Shown here: one piece after another, positions 61,396 to 64,000 of the stretch | How the letters are laid out: each line of letters starts with the position of its first letter | How positions within the stretch are numbered: position 1 is the stretch's first letter | Assembly (NCBI GenBank): GCA_963836185.1 | Contig: CAWIIQ010000001.1 | Span: 1,152,001-1,216,000 of the forward strand | Direction of reading: 5' to 3' | Length of the DNA stretch: 64,000 bases | Source of the DNA: Candidatus Krumholzibacteriia bacterium | GTDB taxonomy: Bacteria > Krumholzibacteriota > Krumholzibacteriia > Krumholzibacteriales > Krumholzibacteriaceae | Position numbers and translations under genes: made by a program | The notes under the pieces: generated by a model | Database searches by the model: none | The model's input: the letters and a program-made list of their open reading frames with translations, nothing else | What the model was told of the DNA's origin: nothing

Positions 61396-62525
61396 AGAAT
61401 AAAACGGCAGGAAAAGCAGCGATGAATAAAGCGAAGACGGCCAGAGTGGCGATTACCATGGGAGCGGCCCTGATGGCAGCGATCCTCGTTGGATCGGCCG
61501 CGGTCGAGGGAGCCAGCTACAAACATGAAGAGGCAGTCTCCAAATCGATCTCCCTGGAGGGGGCGAAACGGCTCATCATCGAGAGCCTCAGCGGTGACAT
61601 CATCATCACTGGTGAAGAAGGCCGCGAGTCTATCGAGTTGAAGATAGTCAAGGTCGTCAGGGCCGAGGACGAGGAGACGGCGAGGAAGATCGCTGAGAGC
61701 ATGGGTGTCGTGGTCACCAGGCCCGAAGAGACTATAATGATCGAGACGCGTTACCCCAAGAAGGGTAAGGTAAAAAAGAGCATATTCTCCATATGGTTCG
61801 AACGGGGCCAGTCGATGAGCATATCGATGACGCTTACCGTTCCTGCCGGATTGATGATAGAAACAGCTTCGGCCAGCGGAGACGTTGAGGTCGGCCGTAT
61901 CCAGGCGGATGTGGCTGCTTCCACTGCCAGCGGGGATCTTGTGATCAGGGATATTGACGGTGATGTGGAGGCGAATGTAGCCAGTGGAGACATCGAGGTC
62001 GATGATGTGACGGGCTCTGTGGTGCTGAGCAGTGCGGCCGGCAGTATTGTCGTCAGGAACGTAGGAGGCGACGCAGAGATAAGAGTCGCCACCGGCGATA
62101 CGGAGATCACGGCGGTCGGAGGCTCGCTCGAGCTGAGCACCTATACGGGGGATTCGGTCATCGATGGTGTAGGCGCCGTCATCTACGAGGGAATAAGTGG
62201 ATCCGCCAGATTCGTCGATGTAAGGGGCGCTGTGGAAGCCTCCGCGGCGAGCGGTGATCTCAACTTCAGGGTGGCCCCTGAAGGATTGTTCGATTACAGC
62301 ATCACGACATCGAGTGGAAATGTCGCACTCCGTTTCCTCACGGTTATGGAGGGCGGATATATATTGAAGGCCGCGACGACCTCCGGAGAGATCACCGCGC
62401 GCCTGCCGATTACCGTTACAAAGGTTGATAGAAACCGGATCGCCGGAATAGTCAGGGACGGTCGAGCGAAGGTCTTCCTGGAGACGTCCGGTGGCAATAT
62501 CACTATAGAAGAGCCAGAGGAATAG
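61392..62525 (+). CDS. Exported DUF4097 (adhesin-like beta-repeat) protein
   Basis: Signal/anchor segment; repeated (T/S)ASGD(L/I/V) units; ends ETSGGNITI. Confidence 0.88.
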   Translation: MKNKTAGKAAMNKAKTARVAITMGAALMAAILVGSAAVEGASYKHEEAVSKSISLEGAKRLIIESLSGDIIITGEEGRESIELKIVKVVRAEDEETARKIAESMGVVVTRPEETIMIETRYPKKGKVKKSIFSIWFERGQSMSISMTLTVPAGLMIETASASGDVEVGRIQADVAASTASGDLVIRDIDGDVEANVASGDIEVDDVTGSVVLSSAAGSIVVRNVGGDAEIRVATGDTEITAVGGSLELSTYTGDSVIDGVGAVIYEGISGSARFVDVRGAVEASAASGDLNFRVAPEGLFDYSITTSSGNVALRFLTVMEGGYILKAATTSGEITARLPITVTKVDRNRIAGIVRDGRAKVFLETSGGNITIEEPEE

Positions 62526-62597
62526 AGGAGCTCGAGGAGTTATGGTGAGTGAGGAGTTGAGGGGCATGAGGAGTAGAAGAGCTCAAGGAGAAGGATC

Positions 62598-63245
62598 ATG
62601 AACTGCCGGCATTTCGAGATGCTGATTCAGAAATACCACGATGGTGAGCTTGGCGCCGCCGAAAGGGCGGAGTACGAGAACCACCTCGCGACCTGTCCAT
62701 CCTGCATGGAACTGCACGTGCAGTTCGTCACGGTGTTCGGGGCTCTCGACGAGATACCACTTGTCGAGCCGTCTCTCGGATTCGACTCCAGTGTGATGGC
62801 AAGGGTCGACGTGGCGAGATACAGGAAAAGCGCGGCCAGCCGGGCCGGTGCTGCGGTCAGAAGCGGATGGGACAGGATCCCGTTCCCCGCCAGGGTCGCA
62901 GCCGGGATCGCGGCTGTATTCGGGCTGTTCGTCGCCGTATATACGCCCATGATAGGAATGATCATTACCGGGGCAGGCAAAGCCGCCACCGTGGTCGGCT
63001 CAGGATTGTACCTGGCCAGGCGTGTCATAGAGGACCCTTCCGCGATAGGAAACTATCTCGCGACAACAACGAATTACAGGCTGGCGGGCAGGATCCTGCT
63101 CGAGACCTTTGAAAAACAGGTATCCGGCATCCAGCTGTCCCATCTGGTGATAGCAGGACTTTCAGCAGCAGTATTGGTCATACTGGTAGTAAGGGCGACT
63201 CGTGTCGTCTGGAGCAAGGGAGAAACCAATGTCAGCATTATTTAG
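62598..63245 (+). CDS. zf-HC2 (ZAS) membrane anti-sigma factor
   Basis: MNC...YHDGEL...HLATCPSC zinc motif followed by TM helices. Confidence 0.9.
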   Translation: MNCRHFEMLIQKYHDGELGAAERAEYENHLATCPSCMELHVQFVTVFGALDEIPLVEPSLGFDSSVMARVDVARYRKSAASRAGAAVRSGWDRIPFPARVAAGIAAVFGLFVAVYTPMIGMIITGAGKAATVVGSGLYLARRVIEDPSAIGNYLATTTNYRLAGRILLETFEKQVSGIQLSHLVIAGLSAAVLVILVVRATRVVWSKGETNVSII

Positions 63246-64000
63246 CGCGATAGTGGTGAAGGCCGCTGTATTTGTCATCTCGCTTCTCCTGGCCGTGCCC
63301 GGACCGACCAGCGTCAGCACCAAAAAAGCGCGCGTACCCTTCAAGGTCGTGAGCACAAAGTCCGTTAGTGAAGCCCAGGAAAAGGAGTCGACCGATACGA
63401 CGAAGGCGGACAAAACTGCGAAGCCCGCGAAAGCAGAGCCCGCGGCTCAGACTGCGCCGAAGCCGCCTAAAGAGAAGAAACAGACGGTCAAGATATCGAT
63501 TTCCGACGAGGGTATTAAAGTCGGAAGCAAGGAAGGCGAGGAAAGGGTCATCCTGGAACTTGAAGCCCAGGAGTTGGGCCGGGCACTGGATGATCTTGAG
63601 TACGATCTTGAGATGATGAAGGACCTGCCAGAATCTATATCGGTCATGCTGTTCGAGGATGACGACAGGGCGTATGTGAAGGTCAGGGGCCGGGATGTCG
63701 TACGGTTCGGTGAAGACATCCATATCGGTGAGCATGAACTGGTGCAGGGCGATGTAGTCGCCATAGGCGGGGATATAGTCATCGAGGGAAAGGTCCGCGG
63801 CAACGTGGTCAATGTCTTCGGAGATACTGAACTCCACGGAACAGCCGTCATCAATGGTGACGTCGTCACCGTGATGGGTGAACTGAACGAGTACCACAAT
63901 CCACGTGTCAGAGGAGAGACGGTCAGTGTGGCCGGAGGAGCTCCCAATATTCAGCTTCCGTTCCTGAACTATGATACGGGGAACCTGTGGGGCGTAGTTA
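63229..64000 (+). CDS. Exported protein with bactofilin/polymer-forming-like beta repeats; 3' end runs off the window
   Basis: Not in ORF track. ATG 63229 overlaps the anti-sigma end: MSALFSAIVVKAAVFVISLLLA, a K/A/P-rich linker, then GDVVAIGGDIVIEGKVRGNVVNVFGD...INGDVVTVMG. Confidence 0.8.
   Translation, partial: MSALFSAIVVKAAVFVISLLLAVPGPTSVSTKKARVPFKVVSTKSVSEAQEKESTDTTKADKTAKPAKAEPAAQTAPKPPKEKKQTVKISISDEGIKVGSKEGEERVILELEAQELGRALDDLEYDLEMMKDLPESISVMLFEDDDRAYVKVRGRDVVRFGEDIHIGEHELVQGDVVAIGGDIVIEGKVRGNVVNVFGDTELHGTAVINGDVVTVMGELNEYHNPRVRGETVSVAGGAPNIQLPFLNYDTGNLWGVV

Noticed and set aside
61860-62400. Recurrent GCCAGCGGAGAC-like motifs
   Set aside because: Explained by DUF4097 protein repeats.

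Overview
A GC-rich, gene-dense bacterial chromosome segment. Three secreted proteins end in PNPFN...WDG FlgD-Ig-like tails, and there are a gingipain-like C25 peptidase and Bacteroidota-type peptidases and ino1. This suggests an uncultured FCB-group bacterium such as Krumholzibacteriota/Latescibacterota (inference only). About a dozen single-base frameshifts in otherwise intact genes look like long-read assembly indels. Left to right: C25 peptidase, acyP, GATase, DegP, TrkA-C protein, ino1 divergent from lysR-IMPase, a lipoprotein with a sigma54-type promoter, a YggN-like protein, a PlpD-like patatin, a 15.4-kb seven-gene RND/ABC hybrid export operon, an ADP-forming acyl-CoA synthetase preceded by an unannotated 58-aa Cys-rich protein, a ChaN-like protein, KtrBA, an OMP-POT-SSS-tricorn-aminopeptidase C cluster, a 7.8-kb segment bounded by a 44/45-bp direct repeat (kinase-nSTAND1-WD40 plus a FlgD-tail protein), a lipoprotein, a CehA/McbA hydrolase, eno-ftsB-tRNA-fMet, and an ECF sigma/DUF4097/anti-sigma operon. 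The strongest candidate for an undescribed system is the export operon. In it a full RND permease is fused to an ABC ATPase whose fold is split by an inserted membrane domain. It is co-encoded with a second RND, an MFP, a TolC, a second ATPase and two ABC permeases, one carrying a pseudo-aminopeptidase ectodomain. It is preceded by the same TGAAAC-N17-CGTA promoter motif found upstream of the ECF sigma gene.
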